Source of the DNA: an uncultured Gammaproteobacteria bacterium
Lineage (GTDB): Bacteria > Pseudomonadota > Gammaproteobacteria > Pseudomonadales > Porticoccaceae
Direction of reading: 5' to 3'
DNA: 64,000 nt
NCBI GenBank assembly: GCA_942492235.1
Contig: CALODO010000004.1
Span: forward strand, 85,571-149,570
Part shown: positions 51,375 to 62,798 of the stretch, piece by piece
Layout: each line of letters begins with the position of its first letter
Numbering within the stretch: the first letter of the stretch is position 1
Program-made: the position numbers and the translations under genes
Notes under the pieces: generated by a model
Databases searched by the model: none
The model's input: only the letters and a program-made list of their open reading frames with translations
Told to the model about the DNA's origin: nothing

Positions 51375-53906
51375 ATGAAACTAAGCCTTCGGTTACTCTT
51401 TAAATTTGCCCGACTATTAGTAGTCCCGGCAATCGGGTGCGGCCTGTTAGCTGCCGCCAGCTTGTATCTGTACCTTAGCCCTAAACTACCATCCGTGGAA
51501 ACTCTAAAAACCGTTAAACTTCAAACACCTTTGAGAGTTTATTCACAAGATTTAAAACTAATCGGTGAGTTTGGCGAAAAGCGTCGCTCACCTGTGACCT
51601 TCGATGAAATTCCTCCTCTATTCGTCCAGGCAGTATTAGCCGCCGAGGATGATGCCTTCTATCAACACATCGGTGTGGATTTTAAAGGCTTATTGCGTGC
51701 CGGCATAGAGCTTGCCACTACAGGACACATACAAACCGGCGGCAGCACCATCACGATGCAGCTTGCCAGAAACTTTTTTCTTACCCGGGAACAGAGTTTT
51801 GTTCGTAAATTTAACGAAATTCTACTCGCTCTGCGCATTGAAGATGAACTCAGTAAAAATGACATTTTTACACTTTACGCCAACAAGATTTATCTCGGCA
51901 ATCGTGCTTACGGTATCGAAGCTGCTGCGCTTACATATTATGGGGAATCGATCAAAAAGCTGAGCTTACCTCAACTGGCAATGATTGCGGGACTCCCAAA
52001 AGCACCCTCGACATTCAATCCAATTATTAATCCAGAGAGAGCTATCGAGCGCCGGGACTGGATATTGAACCGCATGTTTATATTAGGCTTTATCACCGCA
52101 GCAGAGCATCAAAACGCTGTAGAAAGCCAGATTAGTGCCCAATACCATGGACCGATAATCAACTATAACGCCCCCTACGCCGCTGAGGAGGCTCGAGCCA
52201 TAGCCTTAGCTGAGCTAGGCCCTACTGCTTACACTAATGGCTACGCTGTCATAACCACACTCGATAGCGCCCTACAGCAGAAGTCGGATCAAGCACTCCG
52301 AGCAGGTCTGAGCGCCTATGACTGGCGCCACGGCTATCGCGGTCCAGAAGCGCACATAGACGACCCTGAACAATGGCACACCACACTGATAAATACGCCT
52401 GTCATCGCCGGTTTGCAGCCGGCCATAATTGAAACGGTCAGCCAAACAGGTTTATCTGTGATTACTTCTTCGGAAGAAAAATTGTTGCTAAGTAGCAAGC
52501 ACAAGTCACTGTCGAGCTTGCGTGAGTTTATTTCTGAAAACCACCGTGGCCCCACCGTCAAAGTGTTAGACAATATTTTTTCACCCGGCGATTTAATACG
52601 GATCAACTATGATGAGGACAATACCCCTTATTTGACCCAGCTACCTCTGGCTCAGTCAGCCCTTATCTCGCTTGACCCCGATACCGGTGCCATCAAAGCC
52701 CTTACTGGTGGTTTCGATTTTTACCAAAGTCACTTCAATCGGGTCTATCAGGCAAAAAGGCAGCCCGGTTCAAATTTCAAACCCTTCATCTACACAGCTG
52801 CCCTGGAACAGGGTATGACGGCCGCCAGTATAGTTAATGATGCGCCAGTCGTTTTCGATGGTGATGCCACAGAAAAAGCCTGGCGCCCTGAAAATAGCAG
52901 TGGTCAGTTCTATGGCCCTACCCGGTTAAGAGAGGCTCTATATCGCTCTAGAAACCTGGTGTCCATCCGTGTACTACGCCGCATTGGGATTAACGCAGCA
53001 TTAGAGACTATCGATAAGTTTGGTTTCAACAAAAATGAATTACCCCGAGATCTTTCATTAGCGCTCGGAAGTCACGCTTTGACTCCGGTCAAAGTAGCCG
53101 CTGGCTACGCAACTTTTGCCAACGGTGGCTACAAAATTGAGCCCTACTTGATCGAACGAATTGAGCACTTGGGCGGCGAAGTGGTTTATCAGGCCGATAG
53201 TCCCATCGTCTGCCGGAACTGCGAATTGAATGAGGCTTCATCTGATCCGGCAAGCATCACAAACCCCAACAACCCAGATCAGAAAAATTCTCCTGAAGCT
53301 CCCTCAATAGATGTGCTCGGAGATTCTACTATGACAACCACCACGTCCGAAGAGGTCTACCCAGAAAACCATAGACCTGAATCCATCACCAGTTCCAAGC
53401 CACGCCCAACAGCCAAACAAATCATTGATCCCCGCATCGCCTACCTGATCGATTCAATGCTAAAAGACGTGATCATTCGCGGCACTGGCGTCAAAGCCCA
53501 GGCTTTAAAGCGAGCAGATATTGCCGGAAAAACAGGCACTACCAACGGGCCGAGAGACGCCTGGTTCTCAGGTTACAACCCTGATCTGGTGACCACTGTT
53601 TGGCTAGGCTTTGATGACAACAAATTATTAGGTCGAAGTGAGTTTGGCGGCTCAGCTGCACTACCGATATGGATCGATTATATGGCGACAGCCCTGGCAG
53701 AAAAAAAACAGCGCTTTCACCCTCAACCTGACGGTTTGGTATCCGTAAAAATTGATCCGACTACCGGATTAAGAGCGACTGCGAACACCGAAGACCCGAT
53801 TTTTGAATTTTTCCGTGAAGAAAATATTCCGGCCGATGTCGACCAATCAGGATCAGCACGCACTTACGGGGACTACCCTGCCCCTATGCCTGAGGACATT
53901 TTTTAG
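51375..53906 (+). CDS. mrcA: penicillin-binding protein 1A (bifunctional transglycosylase/transpeptidase)
   Basis: 843 aa. GT51 motifs (AAEDDAFYQH, GGSTITMQLARN, RKFNEILLALRIE) and transpeptidase motifs (SNFKPFIY, SRN, KTGTTN). Divergent from pilM as in Pseudomonas ponA. Confidence 0.95.
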   Translation: MKLSLRLLFKFARLLVVPAIGCGLLAAASLYLYLSPKLPSVETLKTVKLQTPLRVYSQDLKLIGEFGEKRRSPVTFDEIPPLFVQAVLAAEDDAFYQHIGVDFKGLLRAGIELATTGHIQTGGSTITMQLARNFFLTREQSFVRKFNEILLALRIEDELSKNDIFTLYANKIYLGNRAYGIEAAALTYYGESIKKLSLPQLAMIAGLPKAPSTFNPIINPERAIERRDWILNRMFILGFITAAEHQNAVESQISAQYHGPIINYNAPYAAEEARAIALAELGPTAYTNGYAVITTLDSALQQKSDQALRAGLSAYDWRHGYRGPEAHIDDPEQWHTTLINTPVIAGLQPAIIETVSQTGLSVITSSEEKLLLSSKHKSLSSLREFISENHRGPTVKVLDNIFSPGDLIRINYDEDNTPYLTQLPLAQSALISLDPDTGAIKALTGGFDFYQSHFNRVYQAKRQPGSNFKPFIYTAALEQGMTAASIVNDAPVVFDGDATEKAWRPENSSGQFYGPTRLREALYRSRNLVSIRVLRRIGINAALETIDKFGFNKNELPRDLSLALGSHALTPVKVAAGYATFANGGYKIEPYLIERIEHLGGEVVYQADSPIVCRNCELNEASSDPASITNPNNPDQKNSPEAPSIDVLGDSTMTTTTSEEVYPENHRPESITSSKPRPTAKQIIDPRIAYLIDSMLKDVIIRGTGVKAQALKRADIAGKTGTTNGPRDAWFSGYNPDLVTTVWLGFDDNKLLGRSEFGGSAALPIWIDYMATALAEKKQRFHPQPDGLVSVKIDPTTGLRATANTEDPIFEFFREENIPADVDQSGSARTYGDYPAPMPEDIF

Positions 53907-53938
53907 AGCGGGGTGACGCGTCCGGATCCAGGTCTGCA

Positions 53939-54784
53939 CTAACCCGGTGTCTGTCCACAGGCTAACAACTTATTCCAGGCAAAAGCCTGATCACCGAGCA
54001 CATAAAAATGCGGATTAAGGAGGTCGTCCTTAGTATTGTAACGCATCGGTTTTAAGTCTTCGTCAAGCACCACACCGCCAGCGGCCTCGACAATCGCCTG
54101 CGCCGCCGCAGTGTCCCATTCCATCGTCGGCGCTAATCGGGGATAAATATCCGCCTCACCCTCTGCGACAAGACATAACTTAAGCGAGCTACCCATATTG
54201 CAGGTTTCCACTGCACCCAACTGACTACCAAGCTTCTCCAATAATGAATCGACCGCACCTGCACCGTGGCGCCTACTCGCTACCACTTCAACGGGACAAT
54301 CGGCTCTACCGCGATCGACCATAGAGCGCACAGCGATCGCCGTTCTCGGGCCTTCCCCTTCCTGCTTAAAAGCACCTTGCCCACCAAGACCGGCATAAGT
54401 GACACCTCCCACAGGCACATGCACAACACCAAGTACAGGAACACAATTTTCGATAAGTGCGACATTGACTGTGAACTCACCATTACGGTTAACAAACTCT
54501 TTGGTGCCATCAAGTGGATCAATAATCCAGTATTTCTGCCACTGACGCCGTGTCGCAAAATCGGGTATATCTGATTCCTCAGACAATACGGGCACGCCCT
54601 CGAGCATGTTTTCAAGCCCCGCCTGAAGGACAAGGTGAGCAGCGAGATCAGCAGCCGTTACCGGAGAATCATCAGCCTTTTGCATCACTTCAAAATCATC
54701 GCTGCCATAGACTTCAAGGATTGCCTCACCAGCTTTTACTGCTAACGCTATAACATTGTCCAACAAATCAGAATCCACACTCAC
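53939..54784 (-). CDS. cysQ: 3'(2'),5'-bisphosphate nucleotidase
   Basis: 281 aa. Inositol-monophosphatase-fold motifs (LSEES, WIIDPLDGTKEF, WDTAAAQAIV). Confidence 0.85.
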   Translation of the reverse strand: MSVDSDLLDNVIALAVKAGEAILEVYGSDDFEVMQKADDSPVTAADLAAHLVLQAGLENMLEGVPVLSEESDIPDFATRRQWQKYWIIDPLDGTKEFVNRNGEFTVNVALIENCVPVLGVVHVPVGGVTYAGLGGQGAFKQEGEGPRTAIAVRSMVDRGRADCPVEVVASRRHGAGAVDSLLEKLGSQLGAVETCNMGSSLKLCLVAEGEADIYPRLAPTMEWDTAAAQAIVEAAGGVVLDEDLKPMRYNTKDDLLNPHFYVLGDQAFAWNKLLACGQTPG

Positions 54785-54914
54785 TCCCTATCGATACCAT
54801 GAAGACCTAACAAATATGCTAAGTAGCAATTTGATTAATCAGCTTACCTTAACTTAGTATCCGGCAAATGGGCCTTGTTAAAAAGTTCCCACTTGTAAAC
54901 CATTATTTCCTGTT

Positions 54915-55487
54915 TCAAGAGGTTTTTTTTGCCTCAAGAGAATCTCTATCCTGAAGATAGTCCCTGACCAAAAAAAGCGCGGCAATCGTAACACCGTCAC
55001 TTATATCGTCTCTGCTGAGTAACTCTGGCAACTCACTAAGGGGCCATTCCATTTTCGCCAAAGGCTCAGGTTCGTCACCCGGCAAAGAAGCTTCGTAAAG
55101 GTCTTCGGCAAAAACAATATTGATAGAACGCTCCATGTAAGAAGGGCTCATATATATATTCTTCAAATAAAGTAGAGAAAGCGCCCCGACCCCAACCTCC
55201 TCCATTAACTCTCGGTTGGCCGCTTCAATCTGGGTTTCGCCAGGGTCAATAGCACCCTTGGGTACTCCCCATTGATAACCGTTGATACCCGCGCCATATT
55301 CCTGGACCAAAATAACCTTACCTTCAGGGGTAACAGGAACAATAGCAACCGCGCCATAGCCTGACGATGTCAGTCGCTCGTAAGTCCGTTCCACACCGTT
55401 GGCGAACCTCAGATCCAGCTGCTCGACCTGAAACAGGCGGGTCTGCGCCATTCGGTGGCGCTTCAAAATGGTTGGTTTAATCGGCAT
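54915..55487 (-). CDS. nudE: NUDIX hydrolase (ADP-compounds hydrolase NudE-like)
   Basis: 190 aa. Nudix box GVPKGAIDPGETQIEAANRELMEEVG. The neighbourhood mrcA...nudE-yrfG-hslR-hslO-pckA mirrors E. coli. Confidence 0.8.
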   Translation of the reverse strand: MPIKPTILKRHRMAQTRLFQVEQLDLRFANGVERTYERLTSSGYGAVAIVPVTPEGKVILVQEYGAGINGYQWGVPKGAIDPGETQIEAANRELMEEVGVGALSLLYLKNIYMSPSYMERSINIVFAEDLYEASLPGDEPEPLAKMEWPLSELPELLSRDDISDGVTIAALFLVRDYLQDRDSLEAKKTS

Positions 55488-55528
55488 ACTCTTAAGTTCA
55501 ATTTATATGTCATAAGGTATTATCCGCC

Positions 55529-56185
55529 ATGATCGACTGGAACACCATCGACACCGTATTGCTCGATATGGATGGTACCCTCCTGGATTTGCATTTCGAC
55601 AACCAATTCTGGCAACATTTTCTACCGGCCCGCTATGCAGAACATCACCGAATCGAACCGGAGCAGGCTCTCGACGACCTCTATCGTCGTTTTAATGAGA
55701 AACGTAACACTATCGAGTGGTACTGCACCGATTACTGGTCTGAACAATTGGCCATGGACATCCCCGCGCTAAAAAGAGAGCTCCAGCATCTTATTACTGA
55801 GCGGCCCTACGTGACCGAGTTCTTAAGCCACCTAGATGCCAACGGATCTCAACGAATACTCATTACCAATGCTCATCGTCACAGTCTGGATATCAAACTG
55901 GAGATCACCGGTATCGGCGAGCACTTCGACGCGATTATATCCTCCCACGATTACGGTGCTCCGAAAGAGCACGACAGGTTCTGGTTGCGACTACAACAGG
56001 AAATCGTCTTCGAGCCTGCTCGGACTTTATTTATCGACGATACCGAAAGCATGCTAACAGCCGCACAAAATCATGGTATCGGCCATCTTCTGTGCATTCG
56101 CCAACCGGACAGTAGCAAAGCTCCAAGAACCGACCTAACTTTTGCGGCAATTGATTGCTTTGGCGATTTACTGCCAAAAACCTGA
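55529..56185 (+). CDS. yrfG: HAD-superfamily nucleotidase (GMP/IMP nucleotidase YrfG-like)
   Basis: 218 aa. The LLDMDGTLLD HAD motif I, a FIDD motif, and synteny with hslR-hslO. Confidence 0.75.
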   Translation: MIDWNTIDTVLLDMDGTLLDLHFDNQFWQHFLPARYAEHHRIEPEQALDDLYRRFNEKRNTIEWYCTDYWSEQLAMDIPALKRELQHLITERPYVTEFLSHLDANGSQRILITNAHRHSLDIKLEITGIGEHFDAIISSHDYGAPKEHDRFWLRLQQEIVFEPARTLFIDDTESMLTAAQNHGIGHLLCIRQPDSSKAPRTDLTFAAIDCFGDLLPKT

Positions 56186-56251
56186 CTTTATTTCCCTGCT
56201 CTGGAACCCTTCGAATGATAAATACTCGCGAAGCATCACACTCATAAAACA

Positions 56252-56638
56252 ATGGAAAAAACCCGTATAGACAAATGGCTCTGGGCAGCCCGCTTTTACC
56301 GCACCCGAGCACTGGCAAAAAAAGCACTTGAAAGTGGCAAAATCCGTATTAACGGTCAGCGTGTCAAACCCAGTAAAGATGTAAAAATTGGTGAAACCCT
56401 CGTCATCCGCCAGGGCTGGGACGAAAAAGAGATTCGGGTCGAAGAGCTCTCAGATCAACGTCGCGGCGCGCCCGACGCCGCCAGGCTTTATACTGAAACG
56501 CAGGGTAGCCTGGCTCGGCGAGAGCAAAGCGCCGCTGACAGAAACGCAGCTCACGGAGGTCATCTAGCCAGCGACCACAAGCCCAGTAAAAAGGAACGTA
56601 GACAAATCCACCGGTTTCGAAATCTAGATGAGCTGTAA
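56252..56638 (+). CDS. hslR: ribosome-associated heat shock protein Hsp15
   Basis: 128 aa. S4 RNA-binding domain RIDKWLWAARFYRTRALAKKALESGKIRINGQRVKPSK. Confidence 0.9.
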   Translation: MEKTRIDKWLWAARFYRTRALAKKALESGKIRINGQRVKPSKDVKIGETLVIRQGWDEKEIRVEELSDQRRGAPDAARLYTETQGSLARREQSAADRNAAHGGHLASDHKPSKKERRQIHRFRNLDEL

Positions 56639-56786
56639 TCCCTGCGGGTTTTTCGACATTAGCTACGAGCAATGGTCGGCAGCTCAACTGGATCCGTTTA
56701 GCTAAACCGCCCTAACTGGACAGCAGCGTGCATCTTCCGTACATTCCTGCAGCCTCGAATTTGGGCAGTCAATCGATGGGCAATCA

Positions 56787-57692
56787 ATGACAAATCCAGA
56801 TAATGATGTACGGCAACGTTTTATTTTCGACAATAGCGATATTCGTGGCGAGATATTATCGCTTCAGGAAAGTTACCAAACTATTCTTCGACAAACCAAT
56901 TACCCCTCTGCTATTGCTCATCTGCTCGGCGAATTCCTGGCCGGTGCCTGCTTGCTCAGCGCGACCTTGAAGTTTGACGGTACCATCTCTTTGCAGGCCT
57001 CAGGCACTGGACCTTTGAATATGATCATGGCTGACTGCACACACGACCACGACATACGAGCCATCGCACATTACCAGAATGATCTGTTCGAAAATCCTGA
57101 CAGCTCTGTCAATCAACTACCTTATCAATTACATGAATTGCTGGGCAAAAATTCTACCCTGGCGGTTACTATCCATCCCGCAAAAGGCGAGCGATATCAA
57201 GGTATTATTCCTGTCGAGAGTAATACCTTAAGCGAATGTCTGACAGAATATTTCAATCAATCAGCGCAATTACCCACCAAAATTTGGCTGCGCGCCGATG
57301 GGTCTCGAGTCGGTGCACTCTTACTTCAGGCCTTGCCTACCGATTTGCAAAGTCAAGAAGATAAACAGCAACTCTGGCATCACCTCAGCTTGCTAGCGCA
57401 GACCTTGAGCCCTGCTGAACAACTCCAGCTCAATCATGCCGAGCAGTTGCACCGGCTCTTCCATGAGGAATCACTACGTCTTTTCCCGCCCTCTGATATC
57501 CGCTTTGCATGTAGTTGCTCAATCGAGCGAACAACCAGTATGTTGAAAGCCTTTGGTGAAGAGGAAGTTCTGGCAATGCTCGACGATACAGACCCGATAG
57601 AAGTTAGCTGTCTATTCTGCCGACCGCTTTATCTTTTTGACAAAAACGATATCAATAAACTGTTTATTGATGCCCAACCCACATTACATTGA
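56787..57692 (+). CDS. hslO: redox-regulated chaperone Hsp33
   Basis: 301 aa. RFIFDNSDIRGEI N-terminus and a C-terminal zinc centre (CSCS ... CLFC). Confidence 0.93.
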   Translation: MTNPDNDVRQRFIFDNSDIRGEILSLQESYQTILRQTNYPSAIAHLLGEFLAGACLLSATLKFDGTISLQASGTGPLNMIMADCTHDHDIRAIAHYQNDLFENPDSSVNQLPYQLHELLGKNSTLAVTIHPAKGERYQGIIPVESNTLSECLTEYFNQSAQLPTKIWLRADGSRVGALLLQALPTDLQSQEDKQQLWHHLSLLAQTLSPAEQLQLNHAEQLHRLFHEESLRLFPPSDIRFACSCSIERTTSMLKAFGEEEVLAMLDDTDPIEVSCLFCRPLYLFDKNDINKLFIDAQPTLH

Positions 57693-57828
57693 CAAATCTT
57701 ATCGTGGCAACATCGCCCCAGGGTTCGCGGCGCTACTCTTTTCTGGCATAATCAGCGGCCTTTTTTAACCAGCCAATTTCAATCAGCCAGGCAATCACTT
57801 CGCCGGATCGCACATAGGACAACCCTTA

Positions 57829-59388
57829 ATGACCGAAAACGAAAATTCTGCAGCAAATGTCTACCAGGACCTGTGCTCAGCCGAGCTTATCGAACAAGCA
57901 CTCCAACGTGGCGAAGGAGTACTCACTGACACCGGTGCTTTACGCACCGAAACGGGCATGCATACAGGGCGTTCACCTGCAGATCGATTTGTTGTCGAAG
58001 AACCCAGCACCAGCGATGCTATCAATTGGGGACCGGTAAATCGTCCATTTCCATCTGAAAAGTTTGATCAGTTATGGGAGCGAGTCAAAGCCTATATGGC
58101 TGACCATGATCAGTTTGTTTCCCATCTGCATATTGGCCAGGACAGCGAACATTACATCCCCGCAAAAGTTACCACCGAAACAGCCTGGCACAACCTCTTC
58201 GCACGCAACATGTTTATTCGCACGAGCAAATACAATCCTTCTGGGAAGGAGCAATGGCACATTCTCCATGCCGCCAACTTTGTCTGTGAACCTGAACGTG
58301 ACGGCACCAATAGTAACGGCGCAGTTATCATTAATTTTGCCAGGCGCCAGGTGCTACTCGCCGGAATGAAATATGCTGGCGAGATGAAAAAGAGTATGTT
58401 CTCAGTACAAAACTTCCTGCTCCCCGAAAAAGACGTCATGCCCATGCACTGTGCCGCAAATGTCGGGAAGGATGGTGACGTCGCTTTATTTTTTGGTCTG
58501 TCTGGTACTGGCAAAACCACCTTATCCGCTGACCCAAACCGCTACCTGATTGGCGATGATGAACACGGCTGGGCCAAGGGTGCTGTATTTAATATCGAAG
58601 GCGGCTGCTACGCCAAAACCATTGATCTAAGCCGCAAAAATGAGCCAGTAATTTGGGACGCTATCCGTTTTGGCGCGATCATTGAAAACGTTGCACTCAA
58701 CGCAAATCGCCAGGCTGATTATAGCGATACAACCCTAACCGAGAACGGTCGCTGTAGTTACCCCCTTGATCTTATCGAAATGCGTTCGGAAAAAAACCGC
58801 GCAGGAGAGCCGGCTAATATTATTTTTCTAACCTGCGATGTCACGGGTGTATTACCCCCAGTGTCTATTCTATCCAAAGAAGCTGCTGCCTATCATTTTC
58901 TGAGTGGCTACACAGCCCGCGTTGGCTCGACCGAACTCGGTGGCGAACCAGGTATCCATCCGACCTTTTCAACCTGTTTCGGGGCTCCCTTCATGCCAAG
59001 GCCTGCTGGCGTTTACGCCGAGCTCTTAATGAAACGCATCAACGATTTTGGCAGCCAGGTCTATCTCGTCAATACCGGTTGGACCGGCGGGTCAGGTGGC
59101 ACTGGAACTGGGCAACGCTTCCCTATCCCGGTAACCAGAGCCATCATTGCCGCCATACAAAGTGGCACACTTGCAGACACTGCGACAATAACAACTCCCT
59201 TACTTAACCTCGATATCCCCCTGAAAGTTCCCGGAGTAGAGGATCACTACCTGAATCCAGAATCAGCCTGGGCTGACCCTCAGGCTTATAATCAGCAAGC
59301 GAAAAAGCTGGCGGGCCTGTTTGTGGAAAACTTCACACGATTTGATGTATCTAAAAGCATTATCGATGCTGGACCATCGCTGCACTAG
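57829..59388 (+). CDS. pckA: phosphoenolpyruvate carboxykinase (ATP)
   Basis: 519 aa. TGRSPADRF, kinase-1a [19 protein letters not shown] and EGGCYAK motifs. Confidence 0.96.
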   Translation: MTENENSAANVYQDLCSAELIEQALQRGEGVLTDTGALRTETGMHTGRSPADRFVVEEPSTSDAINWGPVNRPFPSEKFDQLWERVKAYMADHDQFVSHLHIGQDSEHYIPAKVTTETAWHNLFARNMFIRTSKYNPSGKEQWHILHAANFVCEPERDGTNSNGAVIINFARRQVLLAGMKYAGEMKKSMFSVQNFLLPEKDVMPMHCAANVGKDGDVALFFGLSGTGKTTLSADPNRYLIGDDEHGWAKGAVFNIEGGCYAKTIDLSRKNEPVIWDAIRFGAIIENVALNANRQADYSDTTLTENGRCSYPLDLIEMRSEKNRAGEPANIIFLTCDVTGVLPPVSILSKEAAAYHFLSGYTARVGSTELGGEPGIHPTFSTCFGAPFMPRPAGVYAELLMKRINDFGSQVYLVNTGWTGGSGGTGTGQRFPIPVTRAIIAAIQSGTLADTATITTPLLNLDIPLKVPGVEDHYLNPESAWADPQAYNQQAKKLAGLFVENFTRFDVSKSIIDAGPSLH

Positions 59389-59424
59389 GTCTCCGGGCCT
59401 AATCGACGACCTCCCCCCCGCTAT

Positions 59425-60663
59425 TTATTTTCCCGGGGCGACCATGAGTTCTTTATCCAGGCCCAGCATTGTCAATAAACTCTGCTTGAAGAGCTGTACG
59501 CTTTGCTGTTCTTCGCCAAACTCAGCTAGAACGATAGCAAGTTCAGCACAGGTTTCGGGTCGGTTATCTAGCTTCAGAGAGGCTTCCAGATAATCCCGCC
59601 CTTTACCCCATAACTTGTTCCGTTTACACAGTCGACCCAGAACCAGTAATAAAGCAGCATTGTCGGGTTGATGTCGCAACCAGTTCTCTGCATGAACAAG
59701 CTGTTTTATGGGGTCATTAGCAGGTAGATTGCCGTAGAGTAGCACTAGATCATTGTCCCAGTTTTTACTAATCGCCTTACGCAACACCGACTCCGCTGCA
59801 CCCAGCTCACCACATACCGCCAGCGCTTTAACGTATTCACCTACCACTTCAGCGACAGCCTTGAGCGGTTTTGGCGTCCGCGACCACAATTGCTCAAGTT
59901 CTTTCAACAATTCGCTGTTGCTCTGCCGACTTTGGCTCAACTGCGCTAATTGTGCACAACGGATGCGTACCTGCAAGGCCAGCGCTGCCTGTTTACCGAG
60001 AACTTTACTCCTCTCTAAATCCGGTAATAACTTTTCAAGCTTATCCCACGCTCTGGTCTCGCTGTAAGCCTCTGCCAGTAACCCAAGAACAAAAGGATGG
60101 TGGGCATCCTGTGCATGTAGGGCAGCTAGCTGGGCCACTGCCTCCTGGTAACGTTTAGCTTCCACAAGCACCCGTGCCCGAGTCACACTAATAGCAAATA
60201 TATTACCCGTATCGGATTGCTCTGCCTGCTTTAAGGTCGCCAACGCTTCCTCTGTTTCGCCTTTTTTTGCCGCGGCATTAGCCGCCGCGATATAACTGAT
60301 TAAACTGCTGGAATCGTCTAATTTATCGGCGGTTTTCAGTAAGTCGCGTCGGCCCTCATCCCAACGACCCTCTGCTAAAGCCAGTAAACCTTGATTATTT
60401 TGCTGACGCCACCGCGCATGGCGACGACTTTGTCGACCGGCGAGCATCGTTATGCCTGGGGCCAGCAAAGCCTTTAGAGTACTGTAGAGAAGGCGCAAGA
60501 CAACGACACCTACAACCAACATAATCAACGCGACCCAAAGACTAAACTGAACCACGTAATGTTGTGTAGAAATTAATACGTTGCCGTCATTATTTGCCAC
60601 TAACCAAAACAGCAAACCACCTACAACAATGATTATTATCAGAAAAAAAACAATTCGCTTCAT
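59425..60663 (-). CDS. hemY: HemY protein (TPR-containing, haem-biosynthesis associated)
   Basis: 412 aa. An N-terminal double-TM HemY_N pattern and C-terminal TPR repeats. Located in the hemCDXY cluster. Confidence 0.85.
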   Translation of the reverse strand: MKRIVFFLIIIIVVGGLLFWLVANNDGNVLISTQHYVVQFSLWVALIMLVVGVVVLRLLYSTLKALLAPGITMLAGRQSRRHARWRQQNNQGLLALAEGRWDEGRRDLLKTADKLDDSSSLISYIAAANAAAKKGETEEALATLKQAEQSDTGNIFAISVTRARVLVEAKRYQEAVAQLAALHAQDAHHPFVLGLLAEAYSETRAWDKLEKLLPDLERSKVLGKQAALALQVRIRCAQLAQLSQSRQSNSELLKELEQLWSRTPKPLKAVAEVVGEYVKALAVCGELGAAESVLRKAISKNWDNDLVLLYGNLPANDPIKQLVHAENWLRHQPDNAALLLVLGRLCKRNKLWGKGRDYLEASLKLDNRPETCAELAIVLAEFGEEQQSVQLFKQSLLTMLGLDKELMVAPGK

Positions 60664-61946
60664 GGCCGTACTCCGCCAGCATCTGTATTACCCAACGAAG
60701 TACTCTGTAACTGCCGAAACGCCTCAATAGATGTGCTGATATCAGGCAGATCCTGTTTAATATTTATGGTACGAAGCGCCTCGACCTCAGCCATCAAAGT
60801 CGAGGCCTCGTGGGAACCCTGGAAATAACGCTGCAGGTGATGGGCAATGGTAGAGAGACTGGCCTCATATATCTGCTGCTCATCGCGCAGCAGAGCTTGC
60901 TGGGCAGTAGAAATATTGATCACCATATGATGACGCAACCATTGTTCCTGATCGACAGAAATAAGTGGCTCTATGGGCATTTCCCGATAACGAATATGGA
61001 AATGATCTCGACCAAAACGAGACAGGGCCGATTTTGCATTCGACCAAAGCTGATCGTACCAGGTGGCCGTCGGGGCTATGCCGCCCATGGTGGAGGGTTC
61101 ACCCGTTTCGTCACGAGCGTTCTCCAGGTTTTCGTTAGCGTCTTTAACACCAGCACCACCTGACTCAGCAGCCAGCTCGCTTAGCCCCTCAGATGGCAGG
61201 GCAGTTAGCCGAAGTACAGCAGGGGTCAGTGCCCCCAAACGAGAGTAGATACCTTCCCGATCAACCGTCTCTACTAAGCGAAGCGCGGTGATATCCCTGG
61301 CTAACACACCACGAATCGACAAAGCGGCTGCATCATCCAGCGAAGCGAGCAACTTATCGGCAGCCTCAAGCAAAGCCAATGCACCTTGCGGACGACGTTC
61401 CGTCAACAATCGCTGATGAGCCAGACGAATCAGGTATTCGAGTTCAGCATAAACCCATTGGTCACGATCTAGGCTACTTAACTCAGCGATAATTTTTGCC
61501 TGGGCACTCAGCGCTCGGTTAGCATCCTCTATCTGCGCCGCAAACTCTGCTTCTTTTGCCCGCCGTGCAGCTTTTTCAGCTGTCAGCCGTTCATTGATGC
61601 TGGCTACCTGGGCAGCTTGCTGTTCATCATACTGACTAGCGGTGTCGACGCTCTGATAGAGTTGAAACCCATACCATCCGACAGCACTAACGAGCACCAA
61701 CAAAAACACTAACAGTAGCAGGGACAGCCATCGCCAACCGCCTCCTGCTTTTTTCTGTTCTGCTCCCTGTTGGTTGTCAGTTCCGCCATTTACAGTCGTT
61801 TCTTTACTCCCTGGAATCGCCGCACCATCTTCCTTCGCCACCATTTCATCTTCAGAGTTACTTGCCACATTGCCATCCTGTCTAATAATTACTGTAGTTA
61901 AGTAAGCACGCGTGTATATACCGCAAAAAAACGCTAGAAGCCCCAC
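60660..61946 (-). CDS. hemX: HemX protein (uroporphyrinogen-III C-methyltransferase-annotated family)
   Basis: One TM helix (WRWLSLLLLVFLLVLVSAVGWYGF), then a coiled-coil and the HemX domain. 4-nt overlap with hemY. ATG 61844 (MVAKEDG) is the more plausible start. Confidence 0.8.
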   Translation of the reverse strand: MGLLAFFCGIYTRAYLTTVIIRQDGNVASNSEDEMVAKEDGAAIPGSKETTVNGGTDNQQGAEQKKAGGGWRWLSLLLLVFLLVLVSAVGWYGFQLYQSVDTASQYDEQQAAQVASINERLTAEKAARRAKEAEFAAQIEDANRALSAQAKIIAELSSLDRDQWVYAELEYLIRLAHQRLLTERRPQGALALLEAADKLLASLDDAAALSIRGVLARDITALRLVETVDREGIYSRLGALTPAVLRLTALPSEGLSELAAESGGAGVKDANENLENARDETGEPSTMGGIAPTATWYDQLWSNAKSALSRFGRDHFHIRYREMPIEPLISVDQEQWLRHHMVINISTAQQALLRDEQQIYEASLSTIAHHLQRYFQGSHEASTLMAEVEALRTINIKQDLPDISTSIEAFRQLQSTSLGNTDAGGVRP

Positions 61947-61985
61947 TAGTCAGTTTATTAACTGGTTTGCTTGGGCTACCGATAT

Positions 61986-62768
61986 TCAAAGTGTCTGAAT
62001 TTCAGTGTACCAGCCTAAAAGCGCCTCCTCTATATCTTTGGCTAACGCACTTGCCGCAACAATCACCTCCTTAAAGCCAACTGCTTGAGCGTATTGCTGC
62101 AAACGGACTCCCGGAACGATAATTGGCGATGCATGAATAATTTGCTGATGTTCAAGAGGATAAGATGCAAGCAGGGCATCTAACACACCGCCACTATGGG
62201 CGACCAAAACACAGGATTGAACCGTAGCCAGTAAATCTATAATTTGGTCTTTAAAAGTATCGTCCCGCTGACGTTGATATAACTCGCAATACTCTACTAG
62301 CGCGCCTCGCTCGACCAGGGCTTCGCTGAGTGTCGGTAGCCCACCCTGACCACGAAATATAATGATGCGCTCTCCCTGCACCTGACTCATTGCGGGTAGA
62401 GCGAGCAGGCCTTCACTATTCCATTCGTCAACAGGCATTTGAACTTCGATTTGTCTACTTTTTAGTGGACCGGCTGTGGTAGGTCCAACGGCAAAACACT
62501 GATCTTTAGGTCGTAGGCTTAGACAACTGCTATCCAGCCAAGTCAGGGCCAGGTCAGCAGCCTTGCTACTCACAAATATGGCTTTGTGATAGCTATCTAT
62601 ACATTTAATCTTTGACGTGATGCTACTTTCATGATCGGCCAGCGCAGTTATGTTTTGCACCGGCAATGAATATACCTGCCCCCCGCGAGCCAGTATCAAG
62701 GCTGCCAGTGGATCATCAACACGGGGAGATCGTAAGATGATGACCTTGAGATGATTAAGTGCAGCCAT
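61986..62768 (-). CDS. hemD: uroporphyrinogen-III synthase
   Basis: 260 aa. Size and position between hemC and hemX fit hemD. The family is weakly conserved, so the call rests mainly on synteny. Confidence 0.8.
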   Translation of the reverse strand: MAALNHLKVIILRSPRVDDPLAALILARGGQVYSLPVQNITALADHESSITSKIKCIDSYHKAIFVSSKAADLALTWLDSSCLSLRPKDQCFAVGPTTAGPLKSRQIEVQMPVDEWNSEGLLALPAMSQVQGERIIIFRGQGGLPTLSEALVERGALVEYCELYQRQRDDTFKDQIIDLLATVQSCVLVAHSGGVLDALLASYPLEHQQIIHASPIIVPGVRLQQYAQAVGFKEVIVAASALAKDIEEALLGWYTEIQTL

Positions 62769-62798
62769 ATATGTCCGGATGTAGACAGGCTCAAGTCC